A stretch of DNA of 64,000 nt from Octopus sinensis (taxonomy: Eukaryota), in NCBI RefSeq assembly GCF_006345805.1, contig NC_043004.1:27714001-27778000 (forward strand), written 5' to 3'. This document shows positions 1 through 13,600 of this stretch, one piece after another; the stretch's first letter is position 1; the number at the start of each line of letters is the position of its first letter. Made by a program: the position numbers and the translations under genes. Under the pieces are notes generated by a model that was given only the letters and a program-made list of their open reading frames with translations, did no database searches and had not been told where the DNA came from.

Positions 1-1712
1 GGCAAGATATGCTAACTTGGAACACCAATGGTCATCACTCAAACATTCTACAAAGTCTTTCAGGTTTTCTTGCAAACAAAAGGTCAATAACTCTTCTCTT
101 AATTCGTAAAAACGAGACTATACTTTTCCCCTTGACAACCATCGTATTTCTGTGTGCTGGATTAAGGTGGAATGGTCTGCTTCCATACCCACACAAAGTT
201 TCGCAAACTATCGACATTTAAGTGACCTCATTTTGAAGTAATTATCTATTTTCACTACCATATCCAATACAGATTTTAGTTCAGGTCCAAGAGTTTTAGC
301 AACTAGTGCTTCTCTATGAATGAAACATTTGGATTCTGTTTTTGTGCGATTGGGACAAAGCCTTTAAGACATCCTGTCATTGCAGGGGCACCATCTGTAC
401 AAATACCAACACAGTTTTTCCAGTTCTATCCACAATACTCTAAATATGAATTTAAAACATCAAATACATCTTGTCCTTTTCTTGTTTCTGGCAACTCTTT
501 GCAACACAGGATGTCTTCTACAATAGCTTCATCATTGCTTCTTGTCCTTGTCATTCAACTTGAACTTTTTGGCAAACATAGAAACTTGCCTTTTATTAAA
601 TGCCAATTCTCTTTTGAAATATTGTTCTTTTTTGCCTGACAACTCTGGATGTTTAGTCGTTAAGTGTCGTTTCAGTTTGGCTGGTGCCATAGCACTATTA
701 GCCAGCTTCTCCCCAGAAATAGTACACAAAGGTTAAGGGCAGTTTGGGTTTCCAGTCCAAGTAAATCCCAGAGCTATGTAGTTTTCACAATATTGACGAA
801 CTTTTAGTTGCAGGGTATTTCCATCATTTCTTGGTAATTTCGATGAGGCAGCATTACTTGCAGTGGCTGCAGCTTCAACAGACTGCCTCAGACCCTGTGT
901 CTCTTCATATGTATCTAACTTACGTTTTTTCAGAAAGCAGTAAGCAGAATGGTATATATATATATATAGATATATATATATATAATATATATAATATATA
1001 AAAGCAAACCAAATAGTGGCAGGACAAAATGATCTTTAAAGTGTAGCAAGTTTAATGATGTAAAATTTAGCTATTTTTATTAATGTTTTTTTAGTAATAG
1101 GTATTTGATTATATTTAAACAATATGCATATAATAATAAAATAGATTTTCGGATTTGAATTTAAAATGTCGTTTATTTGTTCATTGTTCTAATTCAGAAA
1201 TTTGTAAGGAACTAATAGTTATGCATATTTACATATCTTATAATTTAGTATCAGTTTCCCTATTTCTTTTTTTATTCTACATATGTAATTCAACTCTCTT
1301 TCGAATTTTTTAATCTTGACATTTCACCAAATATTAATAGACGTCATACAAGAAAAAGATTTTACAAAAACGCCTTTTAAAAAGCTAAAGATCTTTTAAA
1401 AGGCATATTAACAACAACACCTAAATGGCTTACACAGTTAAAATGTTTCTTCCAAATATAGTCACTCGTATTTTACAAAAGAAAACTAAACCATCATCTA
1501 AGTTGGCATGCAACTCGTAGATGTGCACGTACATGTACACACCAAGGATGAGGGTCATCTACGCTGGTGTGCAAATCGTAGATGTACACATAGGCCTAAC
1601 ATGTACATAGATATCTGCACAGGAGAATTAAAAATTACTGTCGTTTAGCATTTATGTAACTTCTTGTGGAACCCCTGGACTGTACTGGCAGAACCCTGGT
1701 TGAAAACCACTG
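1..1712 (-). mobile_element. hAT (Charlie-type) DNA transposon, internally deleted transposase pseudogene, runs off window start
   Basis: Minus-strand translations: GEKLANSAMAPAKLKRHLTTKHPEL (532-729), WKNCVGICTDGAPAMTG, IHREALVAKTL and HTEIRWLSRGKV*; stops and frameshifts present. The terminus reads CAGTGGTTTTCAACC on the - strand starting at 1712, flanked by ATCTAGAC (1713-1720), the NTCTAGAN target typical of Charlie elements. Confidence 0.88.
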
Positions 1713-2105
1713 ATCTAGACAGAGCAACATTTATTGGTTTAATGTTGCTTTCAAGTTCTACATTCAAATTTGTAACAGATTTAGAAGGCATGGTCTAAAA
1801 CTGGCAATTAAGAAACAAAGATAAAAGATTATTGAAATATACTCCAGGAAAATCTGAATTGATTTAGCAATTTAATTTATGGTTCAAATTTAGACACCAA
1901 AGTAATGTGAGGTTTCTACAGACACAGTGGTGTTAGGAAGTGTAATTAAAAAGACATTAAAATAAATAGCTGATTTATCCTCAGTTAAGGAGACAAACAA
2001 AAGGATTTCATCAACCACCAACATTAATCATTGACTTTCACGACCTCATACCCAATGTGCATGTCAATGTATATATGTCTGTGTGTGTGTGTGTATATAT
2101 ATATA

Positions 2106-2334
2106 CTTCTTTACTACCCACAAGGGGCTAAACACAGAGGGGACAAACAAGGACAGACAAAGAGATTAAGTCGATTACATCAACCCCAGTGCGTAACTGG
2201 TACTTAATTTATCGACCCCGAAAGGATGAAAGGCAAAGTCGACCTCGGCAGAATTAGAACTCGAAACGTAACTATAGACGAAATACAGCTACGCATTTCG
2301 CCCGGCGTGCTAACGTTTCTGCCAGCTCGCCGCC
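2106..2334 (-). mobile_element. tRNA-derived SINE with Nin/Deu-like core, CpG-intact (young) copy
   Basis: Minus strand has a tRNA-like head (GGCGGCGAGCTGGCAGAAACGTTAGC...TCGAGTTCTAATTC) followed by GCCTTTCATCCTTTCGGGGTCGATAAATTAAGTACCAG; related decayed copies at 6641-6795, 42110-42400 and 43205-43600. Confidence 0.75.
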
Positions 2335-2921
2335 TATATACACACACACACACACATGCAAGTCGTCAAGTCCTATTGTTGTCTAAGAAGTGGGATTCAG
2401 TGACCCCTGCCACCAATCTGGCATAAATCTGAACTGTGTTGCATCTAATCATCTTCTCAATCAGTTGTATTTGAACTCTTTATGCTGTTATCATAACTTG
2501 GTCTTTCAGTTTGTTATCCCTGCTATTGCTTCACTCTGAAGCAGCTCTCTTGTTCTTGTTAACAACACTCTAGCTATTCTGGAAGTTATTGGCTATGATA
2601 TCTGCTTGTACTCCCTCATTGACTATAAACCAGTGACTGGTATATGGTCTCTTTAACAACATTTTCACAATTGCATTAAGTATACCTGGTGGTGGCGTTG
2701 CTGCTGCATTCCTTTCCTTTTGCTTTTCATCTCTTCGGGGATGAAAGGCAAAGTTTGACTTCACAGTGTCGATAAAATATAATAGCAGTTGACTGCATCA
2801 ACTTGTGCTTTCCCAACTAAATTGCCATCCTTCTGCTTAAGTCCGAAAAATTTATTATTACCACTGTTTCTGTTGTTATTTCATTATTGTCATATTTACA
2901 ATTATTTTTTTCCTGTTGCAG

Positions 2922-3044
2922 GATAATCACAGATACTATAAGTCGTTAATCATTCAAGAGGAACTCAATAAGCACTGGATAAACATGGATGATGGGCCAT
3001 TCAGTAACCACAGAGTTTTATCTAACAATCACAGAGTGGCTGCT
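2922..3044 (+). CDS. PLXDC2: PLXDC-like exon A (123 nt, phase 0-0)
   Basis: ttcctgttgcAG acceptor, GTAAGT donor; DNHRYYKSLIIQEELNKHWINMDDGPFSNHRVLSNNHRVAA resembles PLXDC DHNYY...LWVN...ILSNTHRQAA. Confidence 0.88.
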
Positions 3045-6000
3045 GTAAGTGTTATTTAAAGATCTCTTTGTTCTTTTACATTAAAAATCAAAATATATTA
3101 GGTGTTTCAGAAAGCCTTAAGCTTGTTTTCTTTCATGATATATGAAAGCTGTTGTATGGTTTTGGTTTAATTGTTTGAGTGTGTGTGTGTGTGTGTGTGT
3201 GATTAGGCTGAAATTTATATGTGTCAGTAAAGATTAATCAACTCAAATACTTTCTACCTGTAAAATACATAGTTAGACTTTGGTGTAATAAAGATGGTTT
3301 AGCATAGCTGTCAAATGAAGTGTTAGATATCTTAAGACCTGATCCCTTGTGTTACTTCAAGCATTTGGTTTTTCAATGTAGCTATTTCTATAATTTCGTA
3401 GACATTTGCAGTAATAGTTTTTAGTTAAATCTATTTTTTGTTTCCATTTATATTTCTTTTTTTCTATTCTGTTATTAGTTTGACAGCCAATATCTTGCGT
3501 GTCCTTAGAATTATGCATTAACAACTGTCTCCCCTTTTCACAGTGGATCCAAAACAATTTGCAAAATATATTAACAAGGCTTTATAGAATGTGAAACAAA
3601 GTTGTATTAAGTCTGACAATTTTAATTTGTTTAAATACCTTTTCTATAGATAGTTTTCATTTGATTTCTTTCTTCACCAGAAACATAATTCTTAGATTAA
3701 AATCAGGATAGTTTCTAATCTCTGGAATATAATGATTCCTTGAGTCATCGAGAAATTCCCCCTCTGATGGTCCTAGATTTACTTGAAACAGCTGCCAAAT
3801 CTCTCTCGTATCACTTTTTTTTTTTACTTAAAAAAAGATATCGTCTCACAGAATGATATAGGCTTAGATACACCATCAGCTAAAAAACAAAGAAATGGTC
3901 CTAGTTGGAATGCTTTGGCTGGCCATATATCTGTTGTTAACATTTTGCAAATATGTTCAGTACAAACGAAGATTTTATTTCCATATAGAATTGACACATT
4001 ATAGGTTTTAATTTTTGCGGTTTAGAATTGCTTTAGGTTCAGCTAGTTATCATTTTCTGAACATGTCTTATATTAGAGCAACTGCCTCACACAACACAAA
4101 ATATTTTAATCTGAAATTTATTTTCATTGGCTGAGAAAAATAAGTAAATTAAGAAAATCTCTCTCCAATTAATCTCATCTGCCTTAATGAAGAAAGAGCA
4201 TGTTTCATAATATGGTCTCTTCATATAGCCTTTCATTATGAGCAAGAATATACGTGAACTGTACTCTGTGTTCATTGACATTATCTCTCATTTACCTCTA
4301 CAAACATCAGTCTATCTAACTGACCTCTATTAATAATCTTCAAGTACTCTCTGGCCATTATTCTAGCTGACCTCTAATCTCTTACCCTGTCAATCTGTTA
4401 CTGACCCCCTACAAATAGTGTCTTGTTATAATTCTAAATGTAAGTTTAAGACCTGTGCAGAAATGCTGTTTAAAAGAAAATATTGTTTACAAATTATTTT
4501 AAGATTGTTGAGCTGTTAAATTTATAAACATGTTTTATAAAAATTTATATCTTTTCATTTCTCAGCCAGTGAAAATAAATTTCAAATTTAAATTTTTTGG
4601 ACATACTGTAGTGAATTTAACCATAGCTACTGGAGGTAAGTGAAGTTTTCTCTTACTGTTTTGTTATTATTTTACGATTCTAGACATCATATCTGCTGAT
4701 GACTTTTCATTGAATCAGTGACAGTCATAACTTCTTTGTACACATTCCTTTATGCATTTCCCCACACCCACTTTTGCTGGGTTTGGACTAGGAAATTTTT
4801 CTTTTAATGCAGTCATCAACATTCATGTCAGTTTGAAGGTGATCGCAAAATATATTGAGTAAATGATGGGAATAAGTGGTTGGTGTAGAAAATCTGAACT
4901 GAGAAATCTAGTTTATTCTATTATTTACAACTATTTTGGGTATATGTACATTCATATATGTTTGTGTGTTTGTGTTTATGTGTGTGCACACGTCTATGGT
5001 AGGTGTATGCAGTTGAATCAAAAGATACTTCATAACTCAAGTTACTCAGAAAAAGAAAATATTGTTTCAATGAAATCATGTTGATCTCACCGATAATTTT
5101 AAATCTATATATCATCAGCATATTTATTCATTCAGAAACCTCTTTAAACCCCCCTTGAAGCAGAACTCACTAGCCCTCTCAAGCTATCTCGACCCCAGGA
5201 CTTATTGTTTGTAAGTCTAGTACTTATTCTGTCGGTCTCTTTTGCCAACCTGCTAAGTTACGGGGACATAACACACAATCGACATCAATTGTCAAGCGAT
5301 GGTGGTGGGGGGAAAAACACAAATATATACATACATGCATATATATATATATATATGGTAGGCTTCTTTCAGTTTCTCTCTATCAAATCCAAATATTTTA
5401 TGATGGTTATTAAAAATATGTTTTTTTTTATCTTTCCACATTATCGTGTTATCTGCTTTATCATTTAAGATTATTAATTTACTTGATCTTAGTATTTCAC
5501 CCTATCGTATCATCTCATATTACCATTTACATTATAATATCATTTTGTATCATATTATCACTTTGTTTAAAAATTACTATATGGCTGTCTAATTTTATAC
5601 CTCTATATTATAATGCTATCAACTCATATAAATACTTTACCCTTGCTACTCATTGTTACATAACTGACATAAGATTCAATAATTATATAATGTTCATGAT
5701 AGATCTATAATTATTTCTCAGATAAGTACTATTATGAACCACATAAGTATATACTTCTCATCACTGACTCATAAAAGTAATCCTAAATATTAATGACTTG
5801 TAGGCACAAGGTATTTCGTTATGCAACCATAATATGCTACAAAGTATATTAAACATTTTTATAAGTCAATACCATGTACTACTGTGTTAGCAGTGCACTT
5901 AAATTACATGATATGTAGAGATGACCTTAACAGTAATTCTAAACTCTGTACAGATATATAGACCAGGAATCTGACGTCAATTTTGTACTCCTTTATTTTA

Positions 6001-9000
6001 ATGTAGTTAATTATGTTAAATTATTCTATGGAACCTGGTGCAGCCCTTGGCCTTACCAGTTCCTGTCAAGCCTTACCAGCATGGAAAATATATGTTAAGT
6101 GATGATGATGATGATATACCTATCAAATGCTGAAATATTGTAATCAAGGAATATATAGGTTTCACATTTTGGCACAAGGCCAGCAAGTTAGGTGCAGGAG
6201 TGGCTGTGTGGGAAGAAGCTTGCTAACCAGCCACATGGTTCCGGGTTCAGTCCCACTCATGGCATCTTTGGCAAGTGTCTTCTGCTATAGCCTCGGGCCG
6301 ACCAAAGCCTTGTGAGTGGATTTGGTAGACGGAAACTGAAAGAAGCCTGTCGTATACATGTGTATATATGTATGTGTGTGTATATGTTTGTGTGTGTATA
6401 TGTTTGTGTGTCTGTGTTTGTCCGTCTAGCATTGCTTGACAACCGATGCTGGTGTGTTTACGTCCCCGTCACTTAGCGGTTCGTCAAAAGAGACCGATAG
6501 AATAAGTACTGGGCTTACAAAGAATAAGTCCCGGGGTCGATTTGCTCGACTAAAGGCGGTGCTCCAGCATAGTCGCAGTCAAATGACTGAAACAAGTAAA
6601 AGAGTAAAAGAGAGAGAGAGAGAGAGGAGGGTAAGCAAACTACATCGACTCCAGTGTTCAGCTAGTAATTTATTGACTATGAAAAGATGAAAGGCAAAGT
6701 CAACCTTGGTGAAATTTGAACTTAGAACAGAAAGGCAGACAGAATGCTGCTAAGCATTTTGCCCGGCATGTTAACGATTCTGCTAGTTCACTGCCTTAAA
6801 TCATAGAATATATTAGCATCTTTGTGTCACTACGATCCACAGTATTTATTTAGTAAGTGACCTCAGTATAAATATTAGGTGTTTTTTTGTTGTTTTTATA
6901 TATATATATATATATATATATTCTAATTTGGTCTCTCTGACACACTTTCTGGGCCACCTTGACAGCAATATAACATTTTGACTGAAAAAAGAATTACATC
7001 ATTTGGATTTAGTTATAGACTCTAAAGTTCTTATTTCTTAGGAATATAGTTCTACATATATTTCTGGATAATAATAATCTCTTGTTGTTATGATTTTTGA
7101 CAGTTTATGTCAGGATAAATGTGTTCAATATTCTTTTGGTGGCTTTCTATATAAGTGTTTTAGTGTGACTGTGTGGAGAAATGCTGTTCTGCATCCTATA
7201 CCATTTAGTTACATAGAGATGGCTGTACTGTTATCAACTAAAGAAATGTGTGTATATGTATATGCATGTTTTCCTTGCTGGTATGGGTTGGACAAAGAAT
7301 TTTTTTTTCTCCATATGTATGTATGTATTTACACCTGCACACATGTATAAATATTTGTGTGTAAAATAAGCACAACGACTGTGAAACTTATATATATCTA
7401 CAATCTCTGTGTCTTTACCTATATATGTGTATATATATGTATGCATGGATACTAAAATAATGTATGTATGCTTGCATGTATGTGTGTGTGTATGTATGCA
7501 TGCATGCATGTTTGTGTATGCATGCATGCGTGTGTGTATGTTTGTATTCTATATATTCATGTGTTTGTGTGTTTTTATGTGTCTGCATGTGTGTGTGTAC
7601 CTCTGTCTCTTTGTGTGTGTGTATGGGGTCTTTTTGTAACTATGTACTGTGTCTGTATGTATGGATGTGTATCCCCACATGTGTGGATGTGTGTCTCCAT
7701 ATGTTTCCTTGTGTGAAGTGAGTTGTGTGTGTATATATATGGTCATGTGTTTCAGTCTCCATTTGCGTATGTGTGCTTCTCTGTTCATATAGCCTAAGAA
7801 CATATCCGTCTGTATGGCTATCTGTTTACATTCATATCCATATACCTACATACATGAGCATATACATATACACATATACAGATACTCACACATACATCTA
7901 TCTACATAACAACCCACTACCTATTTTACTCTACCTGTATAAACTGTGGGTATGGGGGTATGATATCTACTACGTATATTTCCTATTTTGTACTGGGGGT
8001 GTTTCATTTATGAGGACGTACTCCTGTATTTGTCTGAGTGTTGGGTCCTTTGGGTGCTTGGATAAAATGCTGATGTCAAGTTGACCCAGGTTGCCTCCAT
8101 GTTTGGTCCTTGGCATGTTGGTATAGTATGGAGGACTGTTTTTTGTCATCATATTGTCTCAAATGTTCATTTAGTCGTTCTGCAATACTCCTAGATGTCT
8201 CCCCTATGTATGTCATGTTCATGTCTTTACAAGCACCTTCTATGCATTTTATGCTGTAGACTACATTTCGAGTTCTACAGTTAAAGCTAGTTCTAATCCT
8301 ACATACCATGCAGTTATCATTGGTGCATATGGTATTCTCAAAGGGGTACGTCCTACACAGTTGTGATCTGACGGAGTTCCCTGGCCTTTCAACAATCTTA
8401 ATGTTGAGTTCGGTCTCCTTTGCAGCTTTCTTAAATCTACGAGCTAGTTCTCTATGGGCTGTGGCCTCTACAAACATCACTCCTTGATATTTGTTGGTTT
8501 TATATCACGTGTTCACCTTGTTTGCTTTGTCACAAGTTCTTGTTTCTATATCTAGGGCAGGTACCACTGGTATCATTACATATAATGTTATCTAACTTCT
8601 TTCTAGCACCCCTGTATACTCAAACCCTATCTTTTTTATCATATCCAGAGAATTGCTTATGGTGCATGAAGTTCTGTACCTTCGTTTCATAGGGTTTGCA
8701 TAGTGGGGACACATTGTTCATTATCCTAAGTCTGCTATCAATATATTAATTTTCATCTTGTGTGACAAAGCTGAGTTCTTGCGAACAACATATTTCGAAA
8801 CTAACTTTTATCTTTACTAAATTAACCTTTGAGACTCACAATTTGCTTCCATGTTAGAAACTCCTCTTCCTCATGCTTTGTTGAGATCATCAACATGTTT
8901 GATTTGTTATGGACAGCTAGCCATGAACTCTCATAAACAGAAGTGGACTGAGGAATATTAAATTCCTTGTTGGATCTGTTGATGAATCACTTTTCTGATA

Positions 9001-10585
9001 CAAACATGCTCATTGGTTGAACTGTCCCTGCTCCTAGTTTTCTTGGCTACCAGCAGACTACAAAACTTGGTACCCTGTTAAAGGATTTTCAAAATCAGCG
9101 AGTGCTTTATATAATGTGTTGTTCTTGACAAAAAGCTTTTGTTACCCAAAGAGGGGGATATTCATGGTTTCATTGAAGTTATCTTCCTGATTAACTCGGC
9201 TATAGCTGCCTACCATTTGTCTGATTGGGGCCATCAATCGTATGCCTTTCTCCTTGCTTCATTCGAAAACTTCTTTGTTCCTCTTTTATCAGTTCATGGT
9301 GATACTGCTCTTCCAGTAATTAGGGATAATTGCTCCCAGCATTATTTGAATGTCTGAAACACATTTCCCTTGGGCACAGGTTCTGTATCTTATCAATTAT
9401 CCTTGATACCCCCCTTGCTTTCCTAGGTTTCATATCTTTAACCCTTTTCTATTCATTTTATTCTGTCAAATGTAGTGCTCATTTATTCACATTATTTTGA
9501 ACAAATTATGCATTATTTTGTAGCTTTGAGATTTTGATGATATGATTTTTTTAAGCCTTAGAATGACATTGTAAGGTAGGTGTGATGTGCCAGATCCAGC
9601 CAGTTTGAACATAAAACAGGTAGAATATTTGTACCAGATATAGTTGTTTTAAATACAAAAGGCATGCAACAGCTGGGTCTGCTTTTAGTAACCTGTCTTT
9701 TGGCCACAGTTTTTCTCATTCAACAACATCTCATATGTACTCACACATGCACGTGCAGTAGTCCAGGCTTAAATGTGGTTGGTGGTCAGAAATGAAGCCA
9801 GCCATGGAAATTATGCTAGAAATGATTCCAATCCAAAATGGAAAAAGTTGACTTAAAACGATAAGATGATGATGATGGTGGTGGTGATGATGTTAAAGCT
9901 GGTTGTGGTGGTGAAGATAGTGATGGTGATTATGATAATAGTACTCTCACTTTTATATTTTAATTGGGAAAATACAATTCTAATTACCTTATAAATTATG
10001 GTATTATTAATTCATCATACTAATAATTTTATGAATTCTGTTATTACTTTCTATCCAATTCAACAAGTTCTCCTTCTGTCCAGTTATTACTTGACCAATC
10101 CTCCACTAGAGAATTCCACATGAGCCAATAGAAAGCATCAATTCACTTGAAATACTCTATAAAACTACTTTTAAATATTAAACAGACTTAGCATCTCACA
10201 TTAGTATCATGGTGATATGATCTGATTTAATGATTAAATTAGATATTTTTTATTAATATTTTTAAAATATTTTCTGAGTTTATTGTCTATTTTCTCTTGG
10301 TTTGATTTTTATTTTATTTTTTCATATATATACTCAAACTTTGGGTTAATATTAAAAATAAGATTAATTAAAATAAAAATTAATAATGGCTTTGCCAACC
10401 ACTCTTGCTCATACCCAATATCGTTTGACTTTTTATGCGTATGTTCAAAATTACTTGCCAACTATATTTGATTTCTTAAAGTACCTTGACAAACGAATCT
10501 TGACATGGAAACTCTGAAACTAGATAAAATCAATAACATTGATGATACATGTGTGCACACACACTCACATACACATGTGTATATA

Positions 10586-10629
<44 letters not shown>

Positions 10630-13600
10630 CAGAAAGTAAAGGAGAGAAGACTTCTTAATTGTTTGTTTAAATTGATTCACTGTGTTAGATGTAGAAAATG
10701 TGATACCCAGTGTTGAGTGGAATTATTCCAGACTATGGTTTTGATGATTAATAAGGCTAAAATGTTTACTCACTCTATGCAGTGTACTGCACTTAACGCA
10801 ATAATTCAACTGGTGATAAGTGCTTTATATGAGTTTATTTACTTGTCTTCCTTTATATATATATATATATATATACACACACATATATATTATTAAGCTA
10901 TGTTCTGTTTGTGTTGGTCTTGTTATTAAATGTCCTTCTTGTCAAGCTATCATTTCATCTGAGATTTATACAAAACTATTCAAAGGAGTTAATTAACTCC
11001 TTTGAAATTGTTCTCAAGTCTTTACATCTTTCTGAAGTTGCTTAAAGGGCCATTTTGGTCGACTGAAACTAGTTCATAGAAATAAATACATTCAAAGTGG
11101 TTAGAATGGCTGGTTGAAACTGGTTTGTAACAATTTTTTTTCTTATACTGGAGATAGTGGCTGAGTGGAAATGGTTTGTAGACGTTTTTTTCCTGGTGTT
11201 TAGTGGCTGGTTGAAACTAATTTATGATAGTTTTTTTTAAGAGTAATGGGCAGATGAAACTAATTTATATCAGTATTTAATTTGTTTTCACACACACCAT
11301 ATACATAATGTTTTCCTATATATATATATGTGAGTGTGTGTGTGTATTCATTTGCCAATGACTCCTCATTCAGTTTCTCTATCTTTCTTTCATCTCCCTC
11401 TATTTCTTCCTCTTTCTCTTCTCTCTTTTCTCTTCATCCACTAAATTTATCACTGTATTGATATATTTACTTTTATAGGTTTTCTTTACATGAGTCCATT
11501 TTTACACAAATGGCTAACAGCAACACAGTACATTGCACCTCTCATGGCAAACTTTGATACCTCCATTGGTAAAGGTTCAGAAATAAGAATCCTCGATACT
11601 GGTAAGCTTTCTTTTTTATTTTATTTTTTATTTTCAGAATTAAAATTATTTTTTATTCAAATATCAATAGGAGTAGACCAGAAAGTCAAATTGCTTCTGA
11701 AATAGATTTCTGTTCTTTCACATTTGCCAGTTTTCAATATTAACTATAGATATCCTAATTATCTATTTGAAGGAAGCTTCTACAAGCTAATAAAGGAAAT
11801 AATCTATATATTCAGTAATTTTCCTCTAAATTCTTTTGTTACTGATATCTAAGTATATACATTATGTCTATGATGAGGAACATTTATCTAAAGATAAATG
11901 TATTTTAACATAAGGTATAACTCCCTGGAAAAGTTACCTTGTATGTAGACAAGACTCTTTGATTGTTCAGCTACTAACTCTCTATGATAAGAAATAACAA
12001 AAAAAGAAAAGAAAAGCACATTCCATGAATTTCTTCCAGACTGTAATTGTTTTCCATCTAAGAGAACGTCTTGCTTCATAAAATGTTCAATATATCTCAG
12101 GTTATGTCATGCTAGCAATTTCTAAAAAGAATGAAATAGTACTGTACATTATTACTGCTGACTAGAAAATTTAAGCACTCCATAATAAATAAACAAAAAT
12201 CAAATAAAAGAAAAATATATAATGCATCTCTTTTCTTATTCTTTAATTTCAAATTCAAAATTTCTAATCCCACCAGACATGAAGAAATGATTATCTCCCT
12301 AGCAGACAGTTATTACAATAACAACGTGCTTTCATCTGCTTGTTACATAGTGTGTTGGCTAAAATGTATTAGGACTACATGTTTGTTCATTATTTTTAAG
12401 ACAGTCTAATTTGAGAAAGATTTGGCTTCTATATTTGGAAACTCATGTGACTTTAAATGTTCTCTTGTAGACTTGTGAATTCAATGTTGATTCATTGATA
12501 ATGAAGTTCAAAATTGATTTCTCAATTTCTCAGTTAAACCCAAAGCTGGAAATCTAATTCAGAGTCTTTAAAATAAAGACAGGAGTCTGATGACATGAGG
12601 TCAAACCTTAGTCATTCTGTTGTACTCCTGGACAAGATACAAGAAAACTGTTGTGTTTTGGGATCAAATATGTTTGATCTTTCTCTATGGTAACAGTCAC
12701 AGTGTTTGGTAGTTGTCAGTTGCAGGGCAGGGATCAAACTGTAGAAACATTTACTCCAACTATGTGACTACATTTACTAAAGAATAGAAAAAATGGTTGT
12801 TGTTACATTGAGACTCTCCTTTTTAAAATCTGTTGGACAGACAACAACTGCTACATCAAATAGTTCTTGTCATGGTTCAGCTCTGATCCAGACATGGCCA
12901 TCGTTTCTTTTGACTCAGTGTATTTAAGATTATATACCCAAAATGTCCCTTTTCTTTGGAGAGAGAGAGAATTGTCTACTATTTTGAACAAGTTAGCTGA
13001 CCTGTAGAGGATCTCTCATTGTTTCATACTTCATGTTTGAAAGGTTGTCAATAAGAAAGGTGTCCAGCTTTGAAACAATTGGCTTTAATATGTAAAGGGC
13101 CAAAATTATCAACTAGCCACTAGTATGGAAGAAACGGATAGCTAAAGCAACCAACTCTGTTTAAATCATTCAAAATATTTGCCTTAGACGTATTTAAATT
13201 TTTTTTTATAAAAACAACAGCAGCAAATTAACCAATTAGGATTTTAAATTAACAACCATAATGAATTTTTGTGATAAAGTTAATGTGTAGGATTTAGTCA
13301 CCTATACCATTATCATTGATTTATTAGCAACAATTTGTAAATTTTCTCCACTAATTAGCAACATTGTATAAATCTTCAAAAGTTAGCCCTGATTTATTAG
13401 CAACACTGTTCAAATCTTCACGTGTCACAGCAGTTTTGTATTGTATATTGAACTTGTCCCTTATTTCATGATTTGGTTTATTCAACTGAAATATTAGATA
13501 AATATGTATATTAGGTGTAGGCATAGGAGTGGCTGTGTGGTAACTAGCTTGCTTACCAACCACATGGTTCCAGGTTCAGTCTCACTGTGTGGCACCTTGG

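Noticed and set aside
2240-2334. tRNA gene
   Set aside because: The tRNA-like head continues into a SINE core and occurs in several decayed copies; no complete cloverleaf.
2540-2571. Possible second editing-complementary sequence pairing with the 3' end of exon A (about 3012-3044)
   Set aside because: Only 26/34 columns with 3 gaps in AT-rich DNA, plausibly chance; worth including only as a secondary site when testing editing.
7409-7803. Overlapping Cys/Val/Tyr/His-rich ORFs (also 61282-61555 and 63300-63821)
   Set aside because: Translations of (TG)n/(TA)n microsatellites, not proteins.
13316-13422. Short repeats (ttattagcaaca...aaatcttc, 3 copies; similar pair at 58637-58729) considered as CRISPR-like arrays
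   Set aside because: Only 2-3 degenerate units with no unique regular spacers, in a eukaryotic intron without cas genes.
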